Below, piece by piece: positions 17,246 to 25,478 of a stretch of DNA of 64,000 bases; the first letter of the stretch is position 1, and every line of letters starts with the position of its first letter. The notes beneath the pieces were generated by a model. The model had not been told where the DNA came from and did not search any database. It was given only the letters and a program-made list of their open reading frames with translations. The position numbers and the translations under genes are program-made. The stretch is from Acidimicrobiales bacterium. GTDB taxonomy: Bacteria; Actinomycetota; Acidimicrobiia; Acidimicrobiales; Bog-793. Location of the stretch: assembly GCA_035294725.1 (NCBI GenBank), contig DATGKK010000145.1, positions 4,897-68,896 on the forward strand, given 5' to 3'.

Positions 17246-17679
17246 GCACCGTCAACCAGTGCGACATCCCCGACGACCTCTACTACCTCGTCGAGCGGCA
17301 CGTCTGGGCGCGCCTCGAGGGGGACACGGTCGTCGTCGGTCTGTCCGACGTGGCGCAGAGCTTGGCGAAGACGATCGTCTCGGTCTCGGTGAAAGACCCA
17401 GGACGCCCGGTGCGCAAGGGGAGGAGCATCGCCACGGTCGAGAGCGGGAAGTGGGTGGGCCCGGTCCCCTCGCCCGTGAGCGGCGAGATCGTCGAGGTGA
17501 ACGAGGTTCTCCGCTCGGCACCGGCCACCCTCAACGCGGACCCGTACGGGGCGGGGTGGATCGCGCGCATTCGCTGCGAGGACTGGCGGTCCGACTCGGC
17601 GGACCTCCTCACCGGGCCGGCCGCTGTCGAGGCGTACCGTGCCTTCCTCGACGCCGAAGGCATCCGCTGCGGCGAGTAG
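17242..17679 (+). CDS. lbpA: GcvH-like lipoate-binding protein (LbpA paralogue)
   Basis: 145 aa with VESGKWVGPVPSPVSGEIVEVN around the lipoyl-Lys. Cys7 and a C-terminal IRCGE. Confidence 0.85.
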   Translation: MSTVNQCDIPDDLYYLVERHVWARLEGDTVVVGLSDVAQSLAKTIVSVSVKDPGRPVRKGRSIATVESGKWVGPVPSPVSGEIVEVNEVLRSAPATLNADPYGAGWIARIRCEDWRSDSADLLTGPAAVEAYRAFLDAEGIRCGE

Positions 17680-17691
17680 GCAGGGTGAACG

Positions 17692-18141
17692 GTGGCGATC
17701 TGGCAGGGCTGCGCCGTTCCCGAGGAGCTGCTCTACGATCTCGAGCACGACGTGTGGGTCCGCTTGGATGGCGACGAGGCGGTGCTCGGCATGACCGACG
17801 TCGCCCAGACGCGCTGCGGGCGCCTCGTGCAGGTGAGCTGGAAGCAGCCCGGCGCCCGCCTGCGCAGGGGGCGTCCGGCCTGCGTGATCGAGAGCGCAAA
17901 GTGGGTAGGGCCATTCGTCTCGCCCCTGAGCGGGGAGCTCGTGGCGACGAACGAGCCGCGCTTTGCCGACGACGTGGCGATCGCGAACCGCGATCCCTAC
18001 GGCGAGGGGTGGCTAGTCCGGCTGAGGCCGGTCGACCTCGAGGGCGAGCGGCCCTTCCTCGTGGACGGCGCCGTTGCGTTCGAGCACTACCGGCGGCTCA
18101 TCGACGAGAACGACGTGAGGTGCTTCAGGTGCACAGACTGA
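17692..18141 (+). CDS. lbpA: GcvH-like lipoate-binding protein (LbpA paralogue)
   Basis: 149 aa with IESAKWVGPFVSPLSGELVATN around the lipoyl-Lys. Cys7 and a C-terminal VRCFRCTD. Confidence 0.85.
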   Translation: MAIWQGCAVPEELLYDLEHDVWVRLDGDEAVLGMTDVAQTRCGRLVQVSWKQPGARLRRGRPACVIESAKWVGPFVSPLSGELVATNEPRFADDVAIANRDPYGEGWLVRLRPVDLEGERPFLVDGAVAFEHYRRLIDENDVRCFRCTD

Positions 18142-18271
18142 GCGGTGCTTCCCGGGTCGAAGGAGGGCTCTCGTGCCCGCGGAAGAGTCGCGGGCTGCGA
18201 GCTGGCGCCCGAGCGGACCCGCCTTCTTGGCTCGGCACGGAGCCGGGTACTCCGAGGAAGGGAGAAGGACA

Positions 18272-18772
18272 ATGACAGAACCGTCCGTCGACGCTCGCCA
18301 GAAGAGGATGTGCGTCATCTGCTGGAGCGCCGATCTCGACCGGGTGTGGCCGACCCTGATCCTCTCGACGACGGCGGCCGCCTCCGGCCTCGAGGTCGAC
18401 GTGTTCTTCACCTTCTGGGGCCTGCGCGTACTGCAGCGCAATGACAAGCGTCTCACGGGCGTGAACCTGAAACAGAAGATGGAGTCGGTCTTCGACCGCG
18501 GCGGGACCGACCACCTCCACCTTGGCAAGCTGCACATGGGCGGCATGGGCACGATGATGATCAAGCAGCTGGCCAAGGAGTACAAGGTGGCGACACCGAC
18601 GGACCTGCTCGGCATGGCGAGCGACCTCGGGGTGCGGCTGCATCCGTGCCAGATGACGATGGAGCTCTACGGCCTGACCAAGGACGACTTCATCGACGGC
18701 CTCCAGCCGCCGATCGGAGCCGCGAGCTTCATCGACATGGCGGCGGACGCCGACATCACCTTGTTCATCTGA
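18272..18772 (+). CDS. DsrE/DsrF-like (COG2210-type) sulfur relay protein
   Basis: 166 aa from the ATG preceded by GGAAGGGAGAAGG. Carries MCVICWSADLD... and LHPCQMTMEL motifs typical of DsrE-related proteins. Confidence 0.75.
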   Translation: MTEPSVDARQKRMCVICWSADLDRVWPTLILSTTAAASGLEVDVFFTFWGLRVLQRNDKRLTGVNLKQKMESVFDRGGTDHLHLGKLHMGGMGTMMIKQLAKEYKVATPTDLLGMASDLGVRLHPCQMTMELYGLTKDDFIDGLQPPIGAASFIDMAADADITLFI

Positions 18773-18809
18773 CGGCGCCGGTTCCCGCACACCTCTCTCT
18801 GTCGACACC

Positions 18810-19475
18810 GTGACGCCGCCGGTGCGCTCGATCCTGCTCGTCGGCGGCGGCGCTCAGCTCGCCCGCAGGGTCGAGACGCTGGCGCGCGAGCTCGGGCTTG
18901 CCGTCACTGACGAGGTGGATCACCCGCCACCTCCGTCGCTGCTCTCCGCCGTGGTCGTCGACCTTGCGCTCCCGGGCGTCCTCGAACAGCTCGCCTCGTG
19001 GCGCGAGCGAGCGCCTGAGGCACTCCTCGTCGCCCACCTGCGGGCGCCCGACCGGGAGCTCTGGCAGGCCGCAGAGCGCGTCGGCTGCGACCTCGTCACC
19101 AACGAGGGCGCCCTCGTCGGCCGCCTCCGCCGCCTCCTTGCCGCGGGCCCGGCTGGCCGCCGCCTCTTCCCGCTCCTCGATGCGGCCGACGTGGCGGGAC
19201 GGCTCGGGCTCGTCTGCCGCGTCGAGGCGACCCCCGTCGGGCCGGTCGCGCTCTACCAGGTGGGCGGCCGGCTGCGCTGTGTGAGGGACGTCTGCCCTCA
19301 TCAGGGGGCGACTCTGTCTGCTGGCGAGCTCGACGGCGGCGTCGTGACCTGCCCCGCCCACGGAAGCCGCTTCGACGTGGCGACCGGTGAGCGGCTTCGC
19401 GGGCCGGCCGACAGCGAGCTGCAGCTCTTCGACGTCGCCGAGGTCGAAGGCAGGATCCAGCTCGTGGTCCCGTGA
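18810..19475 (+). CDS. Rieske [2Fe-2S] protein with an N-terminal receiver-like (pseudo-receiver) domain
   Basis: The C-terminus has CPHQGATL...CPAHGSRFD. The N-terminal ~110 aa show a CheY-like beta-alpha pattern (ILLVGGG, VVVDLALPG, LLVAHL, DLVTNEG) but lack the acidic pair and the Lys. Confidence 0.8.
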   Translation: MTPPVRSILLVGGGAQLARRVETLARELGLAVTDEVDHPPPPSLLSAVVVDLALPGVLEQLASWRERAPEALLVAHLRAPDRELWQAAERVGCDLVTNEGALVGRLRRLLAAGPAGRRLFPLLDAADVAGRLGLVCRVEATPVGPVALYQVGGRLRCVRDVCPHQGATLSAGELDGGVVTCPAHGSRFDVATGERLRGPADSELQLFDVAEVEGRIQLVVP

Positions 19476-19888
19476 CCGGCGCCAACAGCTGCGACGCCGG
19501 AGGAGGGAATGTGCCCGCGGCGACCCGGGTTGGTGCTGAGGTGCCCTCAAGCGACCTCCAACCCGCTCCCGGTGTCACCGTCTACTGGCGCCCGGGCTGC
19601 CCCTTCTGCTCGCGGCTCCGGCGTGGGCTGAGGCGCGCAGGCCTCCCGGTCCACGAGGTCAACATCTGGGAGGACAGCTCCGCAGCCGCCGCCGTGCGAG
19701 CACTGGCCGGTGGGAACGAGACGGTGCCGACCGTCGTCATCGGCGAGACCTCGCTCGTCAACCCGTCGGCCGCCACGGTCCTTGCCGCAGCCCGACGAGC
19801 CGGTATCGCCGCCGGGGAGCCGGCGCCGGCGGTGTCGAGACGATCGGTCGGCGCCCTGCTCGCCGCCCTGCGTGGTCGTTGGTCGTAG
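19472..19888 (+). CDS. Glutaredoxin/mycoredoxin-like thiol-disulfide oxidoreductase
   Basis: VYWRPGCPFCSRL active site and TVPTVVIG motif. GTGA overlap with the Rieske gene. The N-terminal extension makes the start uncertain. Confidence 0.7.
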   Translation: MTGANSCDAGGGNVPAATRVGAEVPSSDLQPAPGVTVYWRPGCPFCSRLRRGLRRAGLPVHEVNIWEDSSAAAAVRALAGGNETVPTVVIGETSLVNPSAATVLAAARRAGIAAGEPAPAVSRRSVGALLAALRGRWS

Positions 19889-19987
19889 AGCTGCTGGTGG
19901 CGGGCTGCTGGCTCGGAGACCGGGGCCACACCGTTGTGAGCTGGGTGCTCGAGGGGGTCGCGGTGGCCATCTGAGGGGCGGCGCGGA

Positions 19988-20015
19988 CGTTACGGCGCCA
20001 CCTCGGCGCGTAACG
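19988..20015. terminator. Stem-loop downstream of the sulfur cluster (candidate factor-independent terminator without a U-tract)
   Basis: CGTTACG(G)CGCC-acctc-GGCGCGTAACG forms an 11-bp stem with one bulge. Confidence 0.3.
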
Positions 20016-20347
20016 GTGGTCGTGAGCGTTGGAGAGGTCCACGAGCGTGATCCCCTGAGCCGCGGCCCCGAAGGGCTTCTTGCATCCTCCTCGGCCTGCG
20101 ATGCTCCTCGGAGTCGGCGCCGCTGCACCCCCGGCACTCCCTGGGCCCTGCCTTGCGTGCCGGCGCGCCGGTCAAGGTCCGAAGTGGTGGCTACGGCCCA
20201 TGGCGCCTGCGTCCTCGAGGGCGAACCGGCCCCGGTCCGCTCGCCGGATGCGAGGAGACTCGAGCAGCACCGCGATCGCACTGGGACGGTTGCGTGCCGG
20301 CGAGCCTCCTGCCTCATCCCGCCGCTGCGCGAGGCCCCGGTGCGACC

Positions 20348-21811
20348 TCAGCCTGCTCGCACCGGCCGTCCCGGCCGAGCCTGCGGAACCAGCTGTCCCT
20401 CCGCCACCACCCGTACCCCGGCGACGAGCACCTCGCTGATCCCCGAGGAGACCCGGGTGGTGTCCTCGCGGGATGCCTCGTCGCTCACCGTCGCCGGGTC
20501 GAGGACGACGAGGTCGGCATCGCAACCCACCTTCACCCTCCCCTTGCCCCGCATCGCTGCGCAGCTCCCCTCGAGCAGCTGTGCCGGCATCAGGGTGCAC
20601 CTGCGCACCACCTCGGCGAGGGGCCACCCCTCCTCGCGCGCCATGCGCAGCATCCGGGAGAAGCAGCCGGCCGTCCTCGGGTGGGTGACTGCGGCTCGCG
20701 GTGGCAGCGGCCACGTGTCGTCCCGGAAGCCGTCGCGGATCGACACGAGCGGCATGGCGTCGCTCGCCACGATGACGTCGGGGCGGGCGAGCGTCCCCAA
20801 CAGCACGGAGCGCTCGGTCGGGTCGGCCTCGTCAAGGAAGTCCAAGATGACGAGCCCGGCCGGGTCCTCCCGGCGCAGCTGGTCGAGCCTCACCTCGTCG
20901 GCGACCCGCTCGCTGGTCGGCAGGTAGGTGAGCGAGCTGGGCGCGAGCTTGCGCGCCCGCAACCCCTCGGCCGAGAGGAAGGCAGCCCCGATCACGGTGG
21001 ACGCGTATCCGTACGGGTAGGCCTCGGTGGTGACGCGGCCGCCCTCGCGCCGGCACCGGTCGACGAGATCGAGCACCCTGTCGACGTGGCGCGTCGCCGA
21101 GCTGTTCACGTGGCAGTAGTGCACGAGCCCGCCGGTCTCGGCCGCGGCCCGCACGATCTCCTCGGCTCCGTCGGCGAGCCCGTGCGGCGCCACCTCCACG
21201 AGCTCTCGGCAGTGGGTGAAGGTCGGGACGCCTCTGCTGGCCGCGAGCGCCGAGACGGCGAGGTACTCCTCGGGTGGCACCTCCGGCGCGTAGCCGAGCA
21301 GGAACCCGATGCCGATGGCGCCGTCCGCGAGGTCTCTTCCGAGAAGGTCTAGGAGCTCGCCAAGCTGGCGGGCCGAGAGGGTGCCCCGCCACTCCCGCTC
21401 GCCGAGGACTCCGAGAGCGTCCGCGAGGTGCCGTGGAGCACCGCCGCCGAGGACCCGGTGGCGCGCGAGCGCCCATGAGGCCGAGAAGCCGAAGTTGATC
21501 GGCGAACCGTCGCTCTCCCGGTCGTAGGAGGCCGCTACGGGGCTGCGACCGGCCTCGAGGTCGAACGCCGTCGTGACACCGTCGCAGGCCTGGAGTCGTC
21601 GGCCGGCGAGGCTCTGGGCATGGCTATGGAGGTCGACGAAGCCCGGAAGCACCACCTTGCCGCTCGCCTCGACGATCGTCCGCCCCTCGAGCGGCTCCTC
21701 GGACACGGCGCCGACGCAGCCTCTCTCGATCCCGACGTCGCGGACTGCGTCGAGCCCGGTCTCGGGATCGATGACCCTGCCCCCGCGGATGACGGTGTCG
21801 AAGGCGCTCAC
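20348..21811 (-). CDS. D-aminoacylase / N-acyl-D-amino-acid deacylase family amidohydrolase
   Basis: FDTVIRGGRVIDPETG...VLPGFVDLHSHA metal-binding motif. The start is uncertain (GTG at 21811 or 21832). The listed ORF extends to 21895. Confidence 0.8.
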   Translation of the reverse strand: MSAFDTVIRGGRVIDPETGLDAVRDVGIERGCVGAVSEEPLEGRTIVEASGKVVLPGFVDLHSHAQSLAGRRLQACDGVTTAFDLEAGRSPVAASYDRESDGSPINFGFSASWALARHRVLGGGAPRHLADALGVLGEREWRGTLSARQLGELLDLLGRDLADGAIGIGFLLGYAPEVPPEEYLAVSALAASRGVPTFTHCRELVEVAPHGLADGAEEIVRAAAETGGLVHYCHVNSSATRHVDRVLDLVDRCRREGGRVTTEAYPYGYASTVIGAAFLSAEGLRARKLAPSSLTYLPTSERVADEVRLDQLRREDPAGLVILDFLDEADPTERSVLLGTLARPDVIVASDAMPLVSIRDGFRDDTWPLPPRAAVTHPRTAGCFSRMLRMAREEGWPLAEVVRRCTLMPAQLLEGSCAAMRGKGRVKVGCDADLVVLDPATVSDEASREDTTRVSSGISEVLVAGVRVVAEGQLVPQARPGRPVRAG

Positions 21812-21920
21812 AGGTCGAGCATACGGAGCCACGACCAGGCCGGGCGGTGGTGGAGGGTTGCGTGCTGCGCCCGAAGCGGCCCTTCCGCACGACACAGCCG
21901 TTCTGTAGCCTCCGGGCGGA

Positions 21921-24900
21921 ATGCTGCGCGTCTACCGCTCCGAGCGTGCCGACCTCCTGGTCGGAGCGCTCGGCGATTTGCTGCTCGACCCGATCAAGGA
22001 TCCGATGGCGACCGAGGTGATCGCAGTGCCCACCCGCGGCGTGGAGCGCTGGCTCAGCCAGCGGCTGTCGCATCGCCTCGGAGCAGCTCCGAGTGGTGGC
22101 GACGGGATCTGCGCCAACGTCGAGTTTCCCTTCCCGGGCTCGCTCGTCGGGGATGCGATCTCGATCGCGTGCGGCGTCGATCCCGAGGCCGACCCGTGGC
22201 CGCCGGACCGTTCGGTCTGGACCCTCCTCGAGCTCGTGGACGAGCACCTCGGCGAGAAGTGGCTCGAGCCGCTGGCAGACCACCTGAGAGCCGGGTCACC
22301 AGAGAGCGCCCGCAATTCGGGGCATCTGCGCAGGTTCGCAACGGTTCGGCATCTCGCCGACCTCTACGACCGCTATGCCGTCCACCGCCCCGACCTGGTG
22401 CGCGGCTGGGCGAATCCGACCGCCTCGGGCGAGGTGGACGACCACTGGCAGGCCGAGCTGTGGCGCCGGCTGAGAGGGCGCATAGGGTCACCCGGCCCGG
22501 CTGAGCGGCTCGAGACGGCGGCCGCCCGCATCGCCGAGAGCCCCGAATTGCTCGACCTCCCCTCCCGGCTCTCGTTGTTCGGGTTGACCCGTCTCCCGGC
22601 GAGCCACCTCCGAATCCTCGAGGCGATCGCCCGGAACCGGGACGTGCACCTGTTCCTGCTGCATCCTTCCGACCAGCTCTGGAGCTCGGTGGCCGAGGCG
22701 CTCGATTCCGTGGCCGTCCCACCTGTGGCGCGCAGCGACGACCCGACTGCCACCCTGGGGGTCAACCCTCTCCTGCGCTCATGGGGCCGCGACTCGCGAG
22801 AGATGCAGCTCGTGCTCCATGCGCATGGCGTGACGCGAAGCGAGCATCGGCCGGTGCCGGAGCCGCCAGGCGGAGCGCGCACGCTGCTCGCGCGGCTCCA
22901 GTCGGACATCCGGGCGGACAGGTGCCCTCCCGGCGCCCCGGCGCTTGGCACCGAGGCTGACGAGCGGCCGGTCCTCGACCCGGACGACGACAGCCTCCGG
23001 GTCCACTCCTGTCACGGGCACCTGCGCCAGGTGGAGGTGATGCGGGATGCGATCCTTCACCTGCTCGCAGCAGATGCGACGCTCGAGCCGCGTGACGTCA
23101 TCGTGATGTGCCCGGACATCGAGTCGTTCGCACCGCTCATCCACGCCGTGTTCGGTGCGAGCAGCGGGCAGCTTGCGACCGGGAGCGTGGATGAGCCGCC
23201 GGTCGAGCCCGAGCCGGGCACCCCGCAGATCCGCATCCGGCTCGCCGACCGGTCGATCCGACAGACCAATCCGGTGCTCGGCGTGGCGGCGCAGCTGCTC
23301 GAGCTCGCAGCCGGTCGTGTCACGGCCTCCGAGGTGCTCGACCTCGCGGGCCGGGAGCCGGTGGCCCGCCGTTTCCTCCTGAGCGAGCAGGATCTCGGCC
23401 AGCTGGCGCAGTGGATCGCAGTGACTGGGATCCGTTGGGGGCTGGATGCCGAGCACCGCCGGCAGTGGCACCTCGAGCAGGTACGCGACGGCACGTTCGA
23501 CGCTGGTCTCGACCGCCTCCTGCTCGGCGTCGCCATGGCGGAGGAAGATCACCGCCTCTTCGAGGGGGTGCTCCCCGTCGACGACGTGTCGAGCGGAGCG
23601 GTGGAGCTGGCTGGCCGTTTTGCCGAGCTCGTCGCACGGCTCCACGTCGCGATCACAAGGCTCGAGGGGTGCCACCCGATCGCCGAGTGGGCGACGGCGC
23701 TGATCGAGGCAACCGAGAGCCTCGCACTCGCGGGACCGCACGAGCAGTGGCAACACGAGCAGCTCCGCTCCCTCCTCGCCGACGTCACCGAGGCGGCCGC
23801 CACCGCCGGCAAGAGGTCGTCCGCCGCCATCGCGTCCGACGGCGCTCGTCGGGAGGCCGGAGCGCTGCTCGACCTCTCCGAGCTCCGGTCGCTGCTCGAC
23901 GACCGCCTCCGGGGGCGCCCGACTCGGGCGAACTTCCGCACTGGCGACCTCACGATCTGCACGCTCGTGCCGATGCGCTCAGTTCCCCATCGGGTCGTCG
24001 GGCTGCTCGGTCTCGACGACGGGGCCTTCCCCCGCCACCTCGTCGCCGACGGCGACGACCTCCTGCTCGCCGATCCCCACATCGGGGATCGAGATGCCCG
24101 CTCCGAGGACCGTCAGCTTCTCCTCGACGCCCTCCTCGCCGCGACCGAGCACCTCGTGGTCACCTACGAGGGCAGGGATCCTCGCACGAACCAAGAACGC
24201 TCTCCGTGCGTCCCGATCGCCGAGTTGCTCGACGTCGTCGACCGCACCGTGCGCCCACCGGAGGGCTCCGCGTGCAGCAGGGCACGTGAGCTCGTCGTGG
24301 TCGAGCACCCACTGCAGTCCTTCGACGTCCGCAACTTCCAGCCAGGTGAGCTCGCCGGCAAGGGCCCGTGGAGCTTCGACCCCGTTGGCCTGCACGGCGC
24401 CCGCGCCCGCTCGGCGCCGCCGGAGGACCCGCCGCCGTTCCTCTCGACGCCGCTCGACCGCCTCGACGACCAGGTGGTCCAGCTCGACTCGCTCGTCCGC
24501 TTCGTCGAATCGCCCGTGGCGGCCTTCTGTCGGGAGCGGCTCGGATGGTATCCACACGGCGGCAGCGACGACGTGAGGGACTCCCTGCCGGTCCAGCTCG
24601 AGGCGCTCGAGACATGGGATATCGGGGATCACCTCCTCGGCGCTCGCCTGTCGGGAGCGACGCCCGAGCAGGCGCGAGCCGCCGAGAGGGCGAGAGGGCT
24701 CCTGCCGCCGGGAGCCCTCGCTGACGCGGTGCTGTCGCCGGTCGAGGAGACGGTGGAAGCGCTCGTCGCCGCTGTCGAGCGCACGGTGTCCGCCGCCGCC
24801 ACGCCGAGGTCGGTCGAGGTCAACGTCCGCCTCCCCGACGGCCGCAGCCTGGTCGGCACCGTCCCCGACGTCTACGAGATCAACCGAGGGGCCGATAGCG

Positions 24901-25478
24901 AGAGGCGGTCGAGGATCGTCCGCTGCCTCTACTCCGCTCTCGGGCCGAAGCACCGGCTCGCCGCCTGGGTCCGCTTCCTCGCGCTCAGCGCTGCCCATCC
25001 CGACCGGGAGGTCTCGGCGACCACGGTCGGACGCGGGCAGGGCACCGCCGGGTCTGGCCCGCTCATCTCGAGGGCGTCGCTCCCACCGCTCGGAGCAAGC
25101 CCGGACGAACGCCGGCAGCTGTCCCTCGCACAGCTCGGGGTGCTCGTCGACCTCTACGACCGCGGGATGCGCGAGCCGTTGCCGATCTTTCCGAAGACCT
25201 CGGAAGCCTTCGTCGACGCTCTGCGACACGAAGAGCCGGTCGTCGCCCGCTGCCAGAAGAGATGGCAGACGACGAGGCAGACCAGGGGTGAGGACCTCGA
25301 GGCGGCTCACCTGCTGGTCCTCGGAGGCAGGCGGAGCTTCGCGGAGCTGCTGGCCGAGCCGCCGCGACCGGATGAGTCGGGCCCGGGCTGGTCGACGGAG
25401 CGCTCCCGTCTCGGTCGCCTCGCGCGCCGGTTGTGGGAGCCGCTCCTCGCCCACGAGACCCAGGAGCATGGGCGGTGA
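21921..25478 (+). CDS. recC: Exodeoxyribonuclease V gamma subunit
   Basis: 1185 aa with the typical RecC N-terminus MLRVYRSERADLL...VPTRGVERWLSQRL. Confidence 0.9.
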   Translation: MLRVYRSERADLLVGALGDLLLDPIKDPMATEVIAVPTRGVERWLSQRLSHRLGAAPSGGDGICANVEFPFPGSLVGDAISIACGVDPEADPWPPDRSVWTLLELVDEHLGEKWLEPLADHLRAGSPESARNSGHLRRFATVRHLADLYDRYAVHRPDLVRGWANPTASGEVDDHWQAELWRRLRGRIGSPGPAERLETAAARIAESPELLDLPSRLSLFGLTRLPASHLRILEAIARNRDVHLFLLHPSDQLWSSVAEALDSVAVPPVARSDDPTATLGVNPLLRSWGRDSREMQLVLHAHGVTRSEHRPVPEPPGGARTLLARLQSDIRADRCPPGAPALGTEADERPVLDPDDDSLRVHSCHGHLRQVEVMRDAILHLLAADATLEPRDVIVMCPDIESFAPLIHAVFGASSGQLATGSVDEPPVEPEPGTPQIRIRLADRSIRQTNPVLGVAAQLLELAAGRVTASEVLDLAGREPVARRFLLSEQDLGQLAQWIAVTGIRWGLDAEHRRQWHLEQVRDGTFDAGLDRLLLGVAMAEEDHRLFEGVLPVDDVSSGAVELAGRFAELVARLHVAITRLEGCHPIAEWATALIEATESLALAGPHEQWQHEQLRSLLADVTEAAATAGKRSSAAIASDGARREAGALLDLSELRSLLDDRLRGRPTRANFRTGDLTICTLVPMRSVPHRVVGLLGLDDGAFPRHLVADGDDLLLADPHIGDRDARSEDRQLLLDALLAATEHLVVTYEGRDPRTNQERSPCVPIAELLDVVDRTVRPPEGSACSRARELVVVEHPLQSFDVRNFQPGELAGKGPWSFDPVGLHGARARSAPPEDPPPFLSTPLDRLDDQVVQLDSLVRFVESPVAAFCRERLGWYPHGGSDDVRDSLPVQLEALETWDIGDHLLGARLSGATPEQARAAERARGLLPPGALADAVLSPVEETVEALVAAVERTVSAAATPRSVEVNVRLPDGRSLVGTVPDVYEINRGADSERRSRIVRCLYSALGPKHRLAAWVRFLALSAAHPDREVSATTVGRGQGTAGSGPLISRASLPPLGASPDERRQLSLAQLGVLVDLYDRGMREPLPIFPKTSEAFVDALRHEEPVVARCQKRWQTTRQTRGEDLEAAHLLVLGGRRSFAELLAEPPRPDESGPGWSTERSRLGRLARRLWEPLLAHETQEHGR

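Noticed and set aside
18176-18194. CCCGCG-gaagagt-CGCGGG hairpin in the lbpA to dsrE-like gap.
   Set aside because: It is only a 6-bp stem in GC-rich DNA, which is easily expected by chance, and there is no supporting context.
19891-19974. 27-codon GC3-rich hydrophobic frame (LLVAGCWLGDRGHTVVSWVLEGVAVAI) just after the Grx-like gene.
   Set aside because: There is no ATG and no convincing RBS, and it is too short to distinguish from chance in GC-rich DNA. It is mentioned only within the gap finding.
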